Positions 1 to 13,414 of a stretch of DNA of 64,000 bases are shown here, in pieces. Under the pieces are notes generated by a model. It searched no databases. It had not been told where the DNA came from and saw nothing but the letters and a program-made list of their open reading frames with translations. The position numbers and the translations under genes were made by a program. Position 1 is the first letter of the stretch; each line of letters starts with the position of its first letter. The stretch is from Lytechinus pictus (taxonomy: Eukaryota), in assembly GCF_037042905.1 (NCBI RefSeq), contig NC_087260.1:16182001-16246000 (forward strand), read 5' to 3'.

Positions 1-72
1 CTCTTCCATTGAAAGTTACATTCCAGCAAGATTTACTATCATAGTAACTTTTTTAATGAAATGGGGGCCCTG

Positions 73-250
73 GTTGGTGTTTCATAAAGCTGTGTGTAAG
101 TAACGAGTGACTCTACAAAGACTGGGAACCCTTTCTTACGGTAAATGATACACATCAGATTTTCAATGGTATTGATTTAGTTCCTAAGAAAGGGTCACCA
201 CTCACTTGTAAATTTGCTTGTGCCTTACAAACAGCTTTATGAAATACCCA
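73..250. mobile_element. Harbinger-like MITE, family A (GTGGGTGTTTCATAAAGC termini)
   Basis: Inverted termini, flanked by CTG/CAG; same family as 61036-61205. Confidence 0.75.
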
Positions 251-466
251 CCAGAACTATCAAGTTGAAACCTGAATATATTAGAGACCTCAGGGCCATT
301 TCATGAATCAAATACCAATAGTCAGGAATTTTGTTAGTGCAAATCCTTGCATTTGATTTGCTTAGAGAAAATTAGTCGGTGAAAGTCACTGATAAAACCT
401 TTCATGAAATGCTCTCTATAACTATCAAGTTGTAATCTGAAAGTAAGAAATTATATATGTACAAAC

Positions 467-569
467 CTGAACTATCGGGTTGAAATCCTCTGGTAAAAGA
501 TGGTTCGCTCCCGGCCTGGACAGCAACCTGAAGAAGCGGGAGGCATCATCGTGACATTGTTTGGTTATT
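467..569 (-). CDS. PPP2R3A/B: PP2A B'' gene, shared exon; gene continues beyond window start
   Basis: ttccag|A ... CAG|gtttgt, 103 nt, phase 2/0. ITKQCHDDASRFFRLLSRPGANHLLPEDFNPIVQ resembles PR70 CHDDAAKFVHLLMSPGCNYLVQEDFVPFLQ. Confidence 0.93.
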
Positions 570-868
570 CTGGAAAAAATACAAGGGTATGAGAAAGGAA
601 GGAGGAAAACATGTAAACAATCATATATTAATATATTAGTTTCAACGATGTATTTCAAAGCTTGCAATCGTCTTGTTTCACAAAGATTAAGGTCTGACTG
701 AAATTGCATATAAATTTTGAGTTGTGTGTGGTATACAATGCATCATCACATTGGCAAGATCAAGCTTTTGGGATGAGCTCCTGTGCATTTATTAATGAGA
801 AATTTTATTGAATATCGTGTGCATTGACACTTAAAATCACAACTTTTAGTCAGACTTCTTAACTCTAT

Positions 869-1183
869 GGCCCGTATTCTGAAGTCGGGTTTAACTTAGA
901 CTACGGTCTAAATCTGTATCAAAATTATGAGAAGCCAAACATGTCAAAACTTTGTTTACATTGTCTGTTTCATATGTTGACTGTGCTCTTCCCTAATTCT
1001 TTAATAGTAGTGAAAACAACTATCTTATTTTATCTTCCCAGACAGTTAAGAATGATTTGAGAGTCAAATGAGCTGATTCGTTGATCCTCTACTATTAGAA
1101 ATTTATGCCACAATTGGCTATCCATAGTTAAACCACAACTTTACACCAGAGTTAAAAATAAACCAGAGTTCAGAATACGGGCC
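869..1183. mobile_element. PIF/Harbinger-like MITE
   Basis: TIR GGCCCGTATTCTGAA...TTCAGAATACGGGCC, 3-bp TSD TAT; partial second copy at about 47630-47840. Confidence 0.85.
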
Positions 1184-1339
1184 TATGGGAAGTATCACCA
1201 TAAGTTCCATACTTTGAAGGTCATAACACAACTTACAACTGGTCTACGATACGAATTGGGAAGAATTTGGATATTTCAAAATATCCTTTTCAATGTATAG
1301 GTTCAGACTATCAATCAAAACACTAAAAAAAATGTTTTG

Positions 1340-1841
1340 ATAATAATAATAATAATAATAATGCTCAATTCTTGTATAGCGCATCACACATAGCATAGCA
1401 TGTCCCTATGCGCTTAAAGAAGGAATAGTGTAAGGTAAGAATAAAGTAATCAAGATATTGATATTGGACCATTAGTTCAAAGTTGGTATTTTATGCATTG
1501 AATAGATATGTTTTAAGGGACTTTCTGAACCTGCATAAATCACTCTGATATCTCATTGAATTAGGTAAAGCATTCCAGAGGACAGCAGAGACATGAGTAA
1601 AAGCACGCTCACCATATGACTTTGTAGAGACAGAGGGAACAATGAATAATGCTTTTGAGCTTGATCTAAGATTTCGGGATGGCTGGTAATAGGATACTAA
1701 ATCGAGTAAATAGGATGGGGCAATTTTATAAAAACAGTTGTGTGCAAAAACTAAAAGCTTGAATACAATGCGGGAACGGACAGGGAGCCAATGTAATTCT
1801 CTGAGAACTGGAGTAATTGCTTCATACTTGCTTCATACTTG
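1340..1841 (-). mobile_element. 5'-truncated L2-clade LINE 3' fragment
   Basis: Minus frame ITPVLRELHWLPVRSRIVFKLL...APSYL...RNLRS...YGERAF...LWNALP...KSLKTYLF* (stop 1493-1491); AAGCGC...GCGCTATACAAG 3' end; (TTA)n tail. Confidence 0.9.
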
Positions 1842-1986
1842 ATCAACTCCAAGCCTATAGTTAAGAGTAAAGACCAAAGATTGCTAAGATTGTAGCAGAT
1901 GGTACGATCGCTATGACGTCACCATGTTTACGAATTGACTTTGGTTTTACCAGAAGAAACAGTACCATAAGCTTTAAAGTTCAATC

Positions 1987-2177
1987 ATATCAAATGTTGA
2001 TGTGGAAGAGGTTCATCGTGGTGAAGGATTGAGTAGAAGAAATAACCAATTCATCGTGGTGAAGGATTGAGTAGAAGAAATAACCAATTGTCTCACGATG
2101 TATCAAACGTAGTAGGAAAGAAATGTTTGATACATCGTGAGACAACTGGTTATTTCTTCTACTCAATATCAAATGTT
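1987..2177. mobile_element. TSD-flanked insertion with tandem and inverted repeats (Penelope-like terminal remnant?)
   Basis: 12-bp direct repeat ATATCAAATGTT at both ends; 38-bp tandem x2; hairpin with 43-bp arms. Confidence 0.6.
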
Positions 2178-3849
2178 ATTTCATTCTGAAATTCTGAGAT
2201 AGATTCAAACCATTCTCAACTATGGAAAGCTGCGAGTGATAACATTATTTGTCATTTTAGAATGTGTTTTTATTCATCCTAAGCCCATGTTGCCAGATTA
2301 GAAAACATATATTGTTATTTTTTTGACCAAAATATTTTAATCATTAAATACCATCTTTTGATAGAATAAAGGAAAATCATATTGTTACAAAACTACATGT
2401 ATTTAAAAAAAAAAGCTTTTGATGATTGGTTCTGAATTCAAAATACAATTTTATTGGAAATGAGTGAAAAAAGGAAAAAGGAAAAAGAAAAAAAAGCAAG
2501 GGCAGAGGCAAGGGAGAGACAGATGAAGAGAAAGATGGACGGAGAGAAAGAAAGACAGAGAAAAGGTGAGGAGAGAAAGAGGCAGAGGAGAAAAAGAGAG
2601 AGAGAAAAAGAGACATGGGAGAGACAGATGAAGAGAGAAAAGGAAGAATGGTTCTCAAATAGGACAAAATCATTCCAATACTGTATTTACAAATTAATGT
2701 ATTCCAGAGAACAAAATGAATAGCAGAATGTAATTTTGATGAATGAAAACTCGTGATTTTTCACACTGGGGTTTATCTTACAGGAAATCAGGCAAATATA
2801 AAAATTTTTTTTTTTTAAGAATTCTGATTGATCTAAGGATATTGACTTGTAAAGTGCAATGATCACTCCTGCACATGTTAAGTGCAATGGGAATTTATCT
2901 CCCAACTGCAAATTTACAAATCTCTTTTTCTCAAATGATGGTATTGAAGAAATAACCATATTTATTACATGTATCTCACTTTTTAATACTCCTTTCCAAT
3001 GCCCCTTTTCTTTGTATTCTTGTGACAGATTTCATTTTTTTCTTCATCTGATTCCATTATTACGATTTGATTTATTCCTTAATATTTTTTTACATCTGCT
3101 ATCCTTCAAAATAAATCTCTTACTTATTTTCTTATCTATAGACCAAAAGTTAAGACAGTCTTAACTACATTGAAACAAACTCTTTATTTCTCTTTACATT
3201 GATATGTCTGTTCCTTTTTTTCTGTCTCCGTCTTTGTCTCTTTCTCCCTCACCCATTCTCTCTGTCTGTCTCTCTCTTTCTCTTGCCCATGCACTCTTTC
3301 TGTCTCTGTCTCCCCCCTCTCTCTCCCTCACAATTTTTTGCTGTTTCTCTCTATCCATCACCCCCTCTCAGTGGTTTGTTTTCAGCAAATCTTTCTTTCT
3401 GTCTTTTTCCCTCATCCACTCTCCCTCCCAACACCCTTTTCTCTACCTCTTACTCTCCTGCCACCATCCCCTCTCACTTGTTTGTTTCTACAGTACACCT
3501 TTATTTCTCTCTTTCACTTTTCTATATTTCATTTCACCAATCACTCTACCTGTCCCATCATATATCCCTCATTTTTTGTTGTCCTTTTTATCAAAAAGAC
3601 AGTCTGTCACAATCAATAAATTTTCTCTGCATCAGTTTAGCTTATATGTTTACATCACTTGACTCCAAGCAAAGTCCAACACAAAACTCACCTATCAAAG
3701 CTCCCATATGAGAGCAGACGGTGCTGATAGCACCATCCACGCTCATTTAAAGCTTTAAGAAAGTCCCCAGTTTTCCATAATAAAGAAAACTTTTATAACA
3801 TTCACAGAAAACACAACTTTTCAGGCCCCAAATTTCAAATAACGAAAAG

Positions 3850-4432
3850 GACAATGATTGCTAAAATTTTAAGCGGAATCAAATAAGCAAAAAGGTGCAT
3901 TAGAGTACAAAATTTTGAGAAAAATTGAATAAATAATAAGAAAGTTATAAGCATTTGAAGTTTAGATCATTATCATGATGTAGATCCTCTAGTTGGCAAT
4001 GCAACAAAGATGTGTGATGTCACTTGTGAACAACTTTCCCATTACTTTTCTATATTATCATTTAAACTGCTTCTTTTATCACATCTATCAGTAGATCATA
4101 TACCGGGGGTATTCTTACTATAAGAGGGCATGTAATATGGATTTTTATTGAATACATTATGGATAAAGAGTTTGTATCACCATAAGAGCAAAAAAGGAAA
4201 TTTTAGGGGTATTTTATAGTCCCTCACAGGGAAAGTTGTTCACATGTGACATCACACATCTTTGTCACATTGCCAATGGGAGGATCTCCATAGCATTAGT
4301 GATTGCAATATTCAAATGCTCATAACTTTCTCATTATTTGTCTGATTTTTCTCAAACTTTCTTTGATCTTATTCTTTGATTTTTCTCTTTCCACACAAGC
4401 CGACTTGTTCCAAAGGTTTCATTCCCCTCTAA
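3850..4432. mobile_element. Kolobok-like TTAA MITE, degenerate left end
   Basis: Same internal sequence and right terminus (GGTTTCATTCCCCT) as the copies at 5318, 15357 and 50055. Confidence 0.75.
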
Positions 4433-5317
4433 GTATGTATTGTGTTGCCAATAATACAGAATAATGGTATCTGTGTTATGAGTTGCCATTTTCATTTTTG
4501 TGATTCCTGTGATTCTTGCTTCAGAGAATCGTATGAACGCACCTGATATACTCTGATCTTCCCCCAATCAATCATTACAGGGAAGATAAAATAATTCTAG
4601 GGTCACCTTCCTTGAAACATCTCCAAGCCCAATTATCTCAGATAAGATGCTTCATGAGGAAAAGTTGGAATGCCATAAATCTAGTTAGGGCTTCATATAC
4701 ACGTCCCCATAATATACCACCCACAAATATATATGTGGGACTGCAGCATTTATTCAGCTTAATTGGTGAGGCACACAAGGCTTGAAGATTAAAATGTCAC
4801 TTTTTTTTAAGAAGGGTGAGAACTGCACAGAATCATGATCTACATGTTAATCTTTTAAAAATTATTGATAATTCCTTAAAGGGCTCTTTCAAGTGAGGAT
4901 TTATATTCTATTTACACTTATCTAATCGCCATGGCAACAAGATCATTTGAAAAGTGAATTACTCATATGGGCCTCTGCATGTAGATGTGCAGGAAGAAGA
5001 GCCTGAAAGCATCTTTTCTTGAAAAAAAAAAGTGTTGATGAAAAGTAGTGACAGATTAATTGCCTATTGGTTATTTCAGACCAAATTACATGGAAAGGGA
5101 TAAGAGATATCTAGTGACCTCTAAGAAATGGGTCTCATTCTTCATGAAGAAACAGACAATCTAAATGACTATTTGTAAGCCAACTATATTTGGTGATAGG
5201 GGTCGGGAGGTGACAATCGGATCGGATGGTAATTTGAGAGAGCGTGTCGGATGAGCAACTATAGCACTCATTCTAGGCATTGCAACCAATTAGCGCCCAA
5301 CATATGTGGACAGTTAA

Positions 5318-5900
5318 AGGAGAATGAAACCCTTGAAACTAGCTGAATCCATATCAAAGAGAAAAATCAAAGAAACATATTGTTGAAAGTTTGAGGAAGA
5401 TTGAATGAATAATAAGAAAGTTATGAGCATTTGAATATTGAGATCACTAGTGCCATGTAGATCCTCCCATCGGCAATGCGACCAAGATCTGTGATATCAC
5501 ACACGTACAACTCCCTCATTACTTTAGTACTTATTTCACTTATATTCTCACTTTTATAGAGTCTATCACAAGGTTATGTGTTTTCTTTATGAGATGACAA
5601 GTACAGAGGTTTCACAACATTATATCATTGATGAATCGTTTGTCATATGATTAGAATGAGCAAAAAGAGATGTTTTGGGGTATATTTTCAGTGTCCGAAT
5701 GGGAGAGTTGTACGTGTGTGACATCACAGATCTTGGTCGCATTGCCAATGGGAGGATCTCCATAGCATTAGTGATCTCGACATTCAAATGCTCGTAACTC
5801 TTTTATTGCTAGTCCTATTTTACTCAAAGTTTTGTTGATCTTATTCTTTGATTTTTCTGCTTTCACAAAAGCTAACTTGCTCCAAGAGTTTCATTCTCCT
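5318..5900. mobile_element. Kolobok-like MITE (TTAA TSD, AGG...CCT termini)
   Basis: TTAA|AGGAGAATGAAAC...GTTTCATTCTCCT|TTAA with long subterminal inverted arms. Confidence 0.88.
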
Positions 5901-7487
5901 TTAATGAAACCTAGTCTGGTGCCAAAGATTTGGTAGTTCGAAAGAATAATCGTTACAGTTTGGTATCTTCTATACAGTCATCGCTCAACTACACTCCGCT
6001 GCTGTAGTTCTTTCATATTGATCCAATGAACCCCCCTCCCTCCTTGTCCTCTGAACTATAAAACCTTTCCTTTGATGATTTTTAATTCCAATCTTACTAA
6101 ATGGTAAAAACCCCCTCATGATGAGGGTGTTTTGAGTGAGAGCCTCATCTTTAGCTCGGTCGCTCTGCTCTCTCGCTCGTCTGTGTTCTTAAACATTTCA
6201 TGTATTCTAGCACCTGTTCACTGGTCTGCAATACATGATGAGTTGGCTTAAAGAAATTAATGTTTTCCCCCCAAATAACAGTGCATTTTGATTTGGGATT
6301 CTTTAGGTGATTCTAGCCCAATCTGATCAATTCCTTGAATGCACTAAGCACTGGAAGGCAGCTCTAGCTATTAAAGCTGGAATAATAATTGTGCGCCTCT
6401 GAATAGATTATTTCTAAATAAATTGCGCTCGAAGAATGCCTTTTATTATTAAATTCACCCTCAGATCAATGTATATATTTTCCATAACAGCAATCGTCGC
6501 TAAAGCAAAAGCCACAGAATCTCTGTATGCGTTGTTGTTGTTGTTATGAAAGTAAAAAGTCTGTTTGAGGAAACTAGCAACGGTGCTTGGCCTGATTTGA
6601 GATGGGGGATAGTTTGAACAGATCGGTACGATCATCAAAGTGATGATGATGATGAGCTTTAAGGAGAATGAATGACTGCATTCATATGCCCACCATTCTA
6701 TATTTAGAGCTGTACATGTATATCATTAGGATATCATGATGATGAGCAGAAAGACATATGAATTTAACTCTGTACTATTGGTCTGTATGGACAAAAGGAA
6801 CTAAAGCTATTCCTGAGGAGTTGCAGTGTACTTTTTTGCAAATACTGGAAGAATTAAGCCAGCAGTTGAGCTTTCAGGGCTGTCTTCTTATCTTGTTTTA
6901 CTTCTGGTTTCAAGTTGTTCAATGGGCAATAAAAAAGACTAAAGCACCCATCAGCTAAAGACAGTTTATACAAAAAAATTAATAATTTGAGTATCCCTTA
7001 AATACCCCCCCCCCCCCTGCACTGGCATATAGATTGGCCCCACAAAAGTTAGAAAGCGGAGGGGGAAAAAAGAAAGAAAGAAAAGGAAAGGAAAGAATAC
7101 AAGCAATATATCAATTGTTGAATATTACGCCAAAAGCTATCACTGCTTAAATTGTCGGTGAATGGAGCAGCAAGCAGGGGGGGGGGGGCACCAAGCCCCA
7201 CTAGGATGTAGCTAGGAATTCCAGTGGGTGATGCAAAACTGTACTTGTAGCAATTTAAGAACTCTTTGTTGACTTCGTGTACATTTATATTTGTAGTTAT
7301 TTATATATGTATATATATCCAAAGGAACTGTTGCCGCACTAGTGCCATGAGCGTCTCTGAACGGTGTGTGCGCTCAATAAGATATCACTATCATTATTAT
7401 TATTACATAGAGTTTCATTTAAAAAAAGGTCACAATTCAAAGTTAAACCAATTATCCAAACCACAGTTTAAAAGAAGTTTTGTATAC

Positions 7488-7591
7488 CTTCGCCACATTG
7501 CCATGAAAGCTTGAGCTGACACGCACTCTGTCGTCTCACCGCCTGCTGCGTTGTAGAGGGGTACCCTCCAGAACTTGGGACATCTACAGGC
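7488..7591 (-). CDS. PPP2R3A/B: PP2A B'' gene, shared exon
   Basis: cag|GCC ... AG|gtatac, 104 nt, phase 0/2. ACRCPKFWRVPLYNAAGGETTECVSAQAFMAMWRR resembles PR70 ACGCPLYWKGPLFYGAGGERTGSVSVHKFVAMWRK. Confidence 0.93.
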
Positions 7592-7593
7592 CT

Positions 7594-7980
7594 GTGGAGG
7601 AGAGATGGATAGAGAGAGGAAGGGAGAGGGGGAGAGATGATGAGACAGGGTGATGAGAGGGAGAAAGAGGGATGGAGAGGAGAAATAGAAAGGGTGAGAG
7701 AGAGAGAGGAGAAGAGAGATGGAGGGAGATGGATAGAGAGAAGAAGAGAGAGAAGATAGGAGAAGGGGGCATAGAGAGGATGAGGAGAGAGAGAAGAGAG
7801 AGAGAGACAGAGAGAAAGGGGAGAGGAAGAAAGGGAAGGAAGAAAGGACAGAACAGGAGTGAGTAAAGAAGAAGGGGAAGAGGGTGGATGGAAAGAGAAA
7901 GGGGAAAGAGGAATAGAAAGGGTGAGAAACAGAAGGAGAGAACGGAGAGAGGGTAAGAACAGTGAGAGAATAAAACAGGA
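7594..7980. repeat. GA-rich low-complexity tract (polypyrimidine on the gene strand)
   Basis: Seen directly; similar tracts at 2460-2650, 3190-3560 and 34300-34770. Confidence 0.9.
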
Positions 7981-9977
7981 GATCATGATGTAACCATGGA
8001 AACACATCCAGTAATAAAAAGTGCATCTTCATGACATTACTTCAGGGAGCTTTATGTACATTTACATGTACAGTCAAGGGGATTTTCTGCAAATATATTC
8101 AAGAACTTGAAAAAGTGTACAACTGTAGTAGGAGAAGTGGTGCTTTGATTTATATCAAGTCCATCCAACAAATAGTTGATTTGAATAAATTATTTCAAAA
8201 AATAAAATAACAGAAATTTAAAACCACCTAGGTATCACATTAGGCTCCATATTTGAACAGGATTATGAATAAATAATCCTATGCCAACACCTTAGTGCAT
8301 CCTCACCTGTGAATTGAATTACTAATTTGTCAAGAAATGTGCTCTTTCACAAGAAATCAAAAGTTAATTAAATTTGGTTACCTCTGTCTGTGGTACGTTA
8401 TAAAAAGAAGCCATGAAAAAAAAATTGCATCTGAAAATCATTATTTCATGCTGTAAAATGGTGAAAATATAACATTTCTTACGATCGTTGTTATGACTTA
8501 CGACACATAAAAAAATTAAATGATTATTTTTTAGTCACAAATAACTTGAAAGTGTCTGCATGAATTTGATTTTTTAAATAAATCTCTGGTGCATTTTTAA
8601 AAATTCACAACAGGTATCAAAGTTCAGGATTTTGCGAAACAAAAGGGTTTTGTAATGTTTTACGTAATGAAAAAATAATTACTAAATTATATCTCTGAAT
8701 GATGGAAAGAAATATGAACACTGGCCAATAACAAGTCTAATGTAGAGATGTGTGACTGTTATCTACATGATGTGTACTGTATGCCAAAGGTATCAAACAC
8801 AGTGTAAATATTGAACATCAATTACTTTATGTTATGAGAGCCACCTTGTTTGTTATTTCTTGTCATTGAAATCTATAAACTCACCTGCGACCCCTTTCAT
8901 ACTAACATTTGTAATGTAGACCCTATACACATGCTCACATTGTTACATATATACTGTATTCAAAAATCAATTTCAAGTTACAATGTAACTGAATTATCTT
9001 TGAATAACATTAAAATCGTATCAATAATTCCAACATAATTTTTGAAAAGGTTTGTGTCTTCACACCCTATTCATACTAAAAAAATCTCAAATGCCCAACA
9101 AGTATATAATTGCATCTTGTTACCATACAACCATACCAAAACTTTACACATAAAAGAATATTACTTTATCCTAAACGTGACATTTACAAACATGCATTCA
9201 TTTTAGTACTAATTCATTTTCTAACCAGATTTTGTATCAAAAGATGTTGTCACTTGCTTTTTGGGCACTCGTAATTTTAATCTTCATAATAATAACAATA
9301 ATTGGCTTTTATATAGAGCTTTATCAACATACGACTGCTCAAAGCGCTTCACAATTATTATTACACAGTCACTGGATTCATAGATTTTAAGCTATGAATG
9401 CTATGATTTTTATGTTCTTTAATTATGAAAAATATATTGATATTCTATGATTTCAAGGAACCTTGATAAGCTGTGCTTCCCAATAGATTCCCTTTTTAAA
9501 TTTTGTTTGAAATATTTTAGATGTTGAACTTTAAATTTGTTATTAAAAACAGAATATAAATGATATCGTTTATGAATCCATCAATTATTTGGCTCATAAC
9601 TTAATTCAAGCTCAGAACTAAATTAGTTAAGAGGCGATAACAGAAGGGGGTACCCTTACAGATTAGAATTATATTTCATCTTTGCAAGAATTATTTTATT
9701 ATATATGAAGATTAAAATGCATGGAGACCTGACTTGGGCAGCTGAGAGATGATTTGGGGATTGAACTTGTCTTAAGAGGGTGTGATGCCCACGACCAAGG
9801 ATGAATTAGCGAGCAAGGCCACACTAATTCGCCACGGATTCACCTGATCGGTGCATGTGCAGAAAAACAAGCATGCTTTTCACATGCAGTTTTCCTAGTT
9901 CCATATTATCCTCAACCCTGTATCATCCTTAAAGATAAATGCAAGAATGCACAGAATCTAATAATATGGCCATCTAA

Positions 9978-10378
9978 GGCCTGAATTCACAAAGGTGGTT
10001 TTGAAAACCCTAGGTTTAGTTCATGGTTTATGCAGATTTCCTGTGTAAATTACGCTCATTTTACCATGTATATTAAAAAATGTCCAATGCTGATGCACGC
10101 TTTTGTCACAGTGCCCCAAATTGACGCCTGTTGCCGTGGTTATCCACGCCATTTTATTCATGAGTCCACTGTTTTAGAGTGGACTCGTGAATAAAATAGC
10201 ATATCTAACCATGGTAACTGGCGTCAATTTGGCGCACTGTCACAAAAGCGCGCATCAGCATTGGAATATTTTATACACGCGCCCAATACACGCTAAATTA
10301 AGCGTAATTTATACAGGAAATCTGCATAAACCATGGATTCAACAGTGGGTTTTCAAAACCACCTTTGTGAATTCGGGT
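9978..10378. mobile_element. Fully palindromic Harbinger-like MITE
   Basis: GAATTCACAAAGGTGGTTTTGAAAACC inverted at both ends, arms of about 190 bp, TAA flanks. Confidence 0.85.
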
Positions 10379-10489
10379 TAAGTATCTGTATGTATGAACA
10401 AAAAACATGTGGCAAAGAATTTGGGGAAAATTGTGTGATTTCTGAGAAGGAAGCAAAATGAGCATGGCATTAATAAAGCCAAATGTCAG

Positions 10490-10726
10490 GGTCTCATCTT
10501 GCAAAGAGTTGCGATTGATCCAATCAACCACAACTATGGAAAGCCAGCAACGTCAACATATAAAATGCACGTTTGGTCAAAACATTTTCCGGATATGATG
10601 TATATTAATACATTCATTGTTTTCTTAAAAATTCAGATTGCTTCTCTTTATTTATAAAGGGCATTGTGCAAGTTCTTGTAGCTACGGTTGATCTGGATCA
10701 ATCATAACTCTTTGTAAGACGGGGCC
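10490..10726. mobile_element. Harbinger-like MITE, family C (GGCCCCGTCTTACAAAGAG), CAG TSD
   Basis: TIRs with CAG on both sides. Confidence 0.82.
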
Positions 10727-12737
10727 CAGGTCTTTTTCCAAGCAATAATAATACACTGTATTTCTCCCAAGTCAAGCTTTTTTTTCAAATGCAATTGGAG
10801 TGTTGACTCTGCTTTTTTGCATGGTGAGAAAAGTCCTGAACTTATTCAAAGGTTAGTACACTTTGGTATGTAAAGTGAATGTGAAGAAAAGGAAACTGCT
10901 ATCAAACCCACTGACAATTTTGCCAGTGTGAAAAGCATGTACATCGCCCTCGATCATCAATCAAATATCTGAACTGGTCAGGCCGTTGCCTCGTCAAGCC
11001 GATTTAAAGAGATTATCAGAACTGTGTCATTTTTATGCTTCAACGGCCTTGGTCCCTATACCCTGTATCAGCACACTCCAGAGCAAATACAGATGTGAAG
11101 AAAATCATTAATACCCTTTTAATTTTTAGACAAAGTACATGTATATCTTCCTTGGAGATGTAATCATCATTAAAGGAGAAGTTGACCCTTGATTGAAGAG
11201 TTTCAATTTAAATTATGTATATTTAATACAGAAACATTCATGAGAGACAAAAGAACATCAGAAAAAATTAGAGACTTAACTGTTAGTTACTATGGCAAGC
11301 TGCTCTCTCCCATATGATGTGAAACATTATGTGTTTCTGATTATTTTTTTTTGATAATCACAATAAATTTGTTTTACGACTTGTGTGCTGTTGATAATGT
11401 ATTAAAGGAATGCAGTGGTGCTAAATGATGTATTCCAAAAGCGAGGATAAAAATTATTCTTAAAAAAAAACCAAGAAGGACATTCTGTCTCGTTAGATTT
11501 AACTTTAACAGATTTTCATCTGTGGGGGACATTAAAATAGGGCTATCATTATTAAAAATAGGCCATAATCATGGCATTCCTCCTCTACCCACCTCTAAAT
11601 TACCATTGATCATACCCATTAAAATATTTTCTGCTCCAACAATCATTAAACGGCATTATAGTTTATACCAGAACATGCTAAACGCTGCACGGAGTTTTAG
11701 ACAGTATAAATAGTCCCTTAATTAGCTATACGATGGGAATTCGCTAGTCTGAACAGGAGACGGGTAAATGGCCCATGCCGTAATGATCTAATAATTTTGT
11801 TTTTGCTGGGATAGCTCAAGCACAGACTTTAAGCCGATGGGTAGCGAAAGAATGCCAACATTAATCAGCTTTGATAAGCTTCAAAATGCAGCACGAGATG
11901 ATGGATGATGTTACGCGGTACATGGTTATCAAAGGAGACAGTCCAGTGAACTCCGGCAATAGCTGGCTGCTTGATTTTTCCTCCGCAATTTGTCTTCTTG
12001 CAAACCGCTTGAAGCAGAAAATAACAGAATTGTATTGAATATGTTCTGGCAAATTGCTTTAAATAAAGGAAGTTCACTTCACTTAATCTCTATCCAAGCA
12101 TTTTCCCCTATTTCAGGGATTGATCGCAACATCTCTCCATTGAACAAGATCTTCTGCCAATCTGGTGCACTCTTGCAGTTTAGGTTTTCTAGATTTGTAC
12201 TCTCGAAACTTGACAAACAATTCTATAAAACAACCCCCACTCTATAACATTCTTATGTGCAGCAAAATCTACAAAGCTAGATTGTGGAATTTGACAACTT
12301 GAAACCTAGCTATCCGAGGTACAAAATGTTTATTGTATGTAACTTTTCATCTTTTTTATATTTCCGCACCACAGAGAAGCCATTTTGGATTTTATGTATT
12401 AGGCTCCAAGAGTTTGACTTGTATTTTGTTCAGTCTCGCCTCAATTTTTATTAAAAAGAGGAGAAATTTTTCATGTAAAGTTCTTGTCTATATTAGGATT
12501 CAACCCGCAACCTTGCCATTGTAAGCGATACCATTTAAAGTCATGATGACAAGTTGCTCGAGGCATTGCCAGTTACTTTATAGCTTTACGATTTGTGTTT
12601 ATGAATATTCATTAAGTGTATTCTTTGACAAATTCTTTGACGCCGGGAAGAAAATGTCGTAGGAAAAATAATTTGGCATACAGGGTATGGACAAGGGACA
12701 AACTTCCCAAATCATTTTTTAGATCCATCTGCATTAC

Positions 12738-12932
12738 CTGAGTGACTTTATCCATGTCTTCTTTGCTAGCCTTCTGATCCGGCAGCGCTTTGAAGATTTC
12801 CGTCAGTCGCTGGAGCACGGCTTCGTTCTCCTCCCTGTCTCCGGGCTTGCCGAAGGGAAAATAGAACTGAGGTACGTTGACGATTTGCTGGGTCTTCTGA
12901 TGTTTGTTAGCTTCCCTCTGCTCTTGAAACAA
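12738..12932 (-). CDS. PPP2R3A/B: PP2A B'' gene, first shared exon (FYF motif)
   Basis: Acceptor cttttcag|TTG, donor CAG|gtaatg, 195 nt, phase 0/0. Encodes NVPQFYFPFGKP, the B'' FYF motif. Confidence 0.93.
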
Positions 12933-13414
12933 CTGAAAAGTTATGAATCAGTGTTAAACACTTAATACATTCAGATTCAGAGTTGCTTGAGAACAAAATA
13001 TAATTATGGGCATTGCAAGAAACTTATGTTTAATTGCAAATCAACTACATGTTTGTGTTTAATAAAAGGACCTACCCTTGATTTTGGAATCTGTGATTGA
13101 ATAGAAAGTTTCTTGCAATGCACTATTGGTAACATTTAAAAAGTTCTTTGGTTTTAAATTGTGTATTCTTATTTTTGTCAAGCTGTATTCCTGTCCAAGT
13201 CAGTATTCTTAGTCCTCCCCAAAACTGTGCTCTAATTTTTTTGTTTCCGATATCAATAAAGATCCAATTTCTGTTGAATCATTATCAGTCCAAAATTTGA
13301 AAACGAAAAAATGGCTATGTTCTCTTAAAAAATTCAAATGTTTATTTCTTTCCCTATCTTGAATAAACCTGTCAATCTACAACAAATTCTATTTAACTTA
13401 CTCACACCCCAAAA

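Noticed and set aside
2377-3711. Leu/Ser/Phe-rich and Glu/Arg/Lys-rich ORFs
   Set aside because: Products of CT and GA low-complexity tracts; the same applies to 7592-8032 and 34276-34668.
3690-3780. Short motifs (ACCTATCAAA, GCTTTAAGAAA, AAGTCCCCAG) shared with the minus strand at about 14650-14690
   Set aside because: Curious, but the order differs and the matches are only 10-11 bp, so chance cannot be excluded without a statistical test.
11660-12250. Possible extra alternative exon in a non-repetitive intronic island
   Set aside because: No ORF with a phase-compatible donor or recognisable homology; it may be UTR or enhancer, but that is unsupported.
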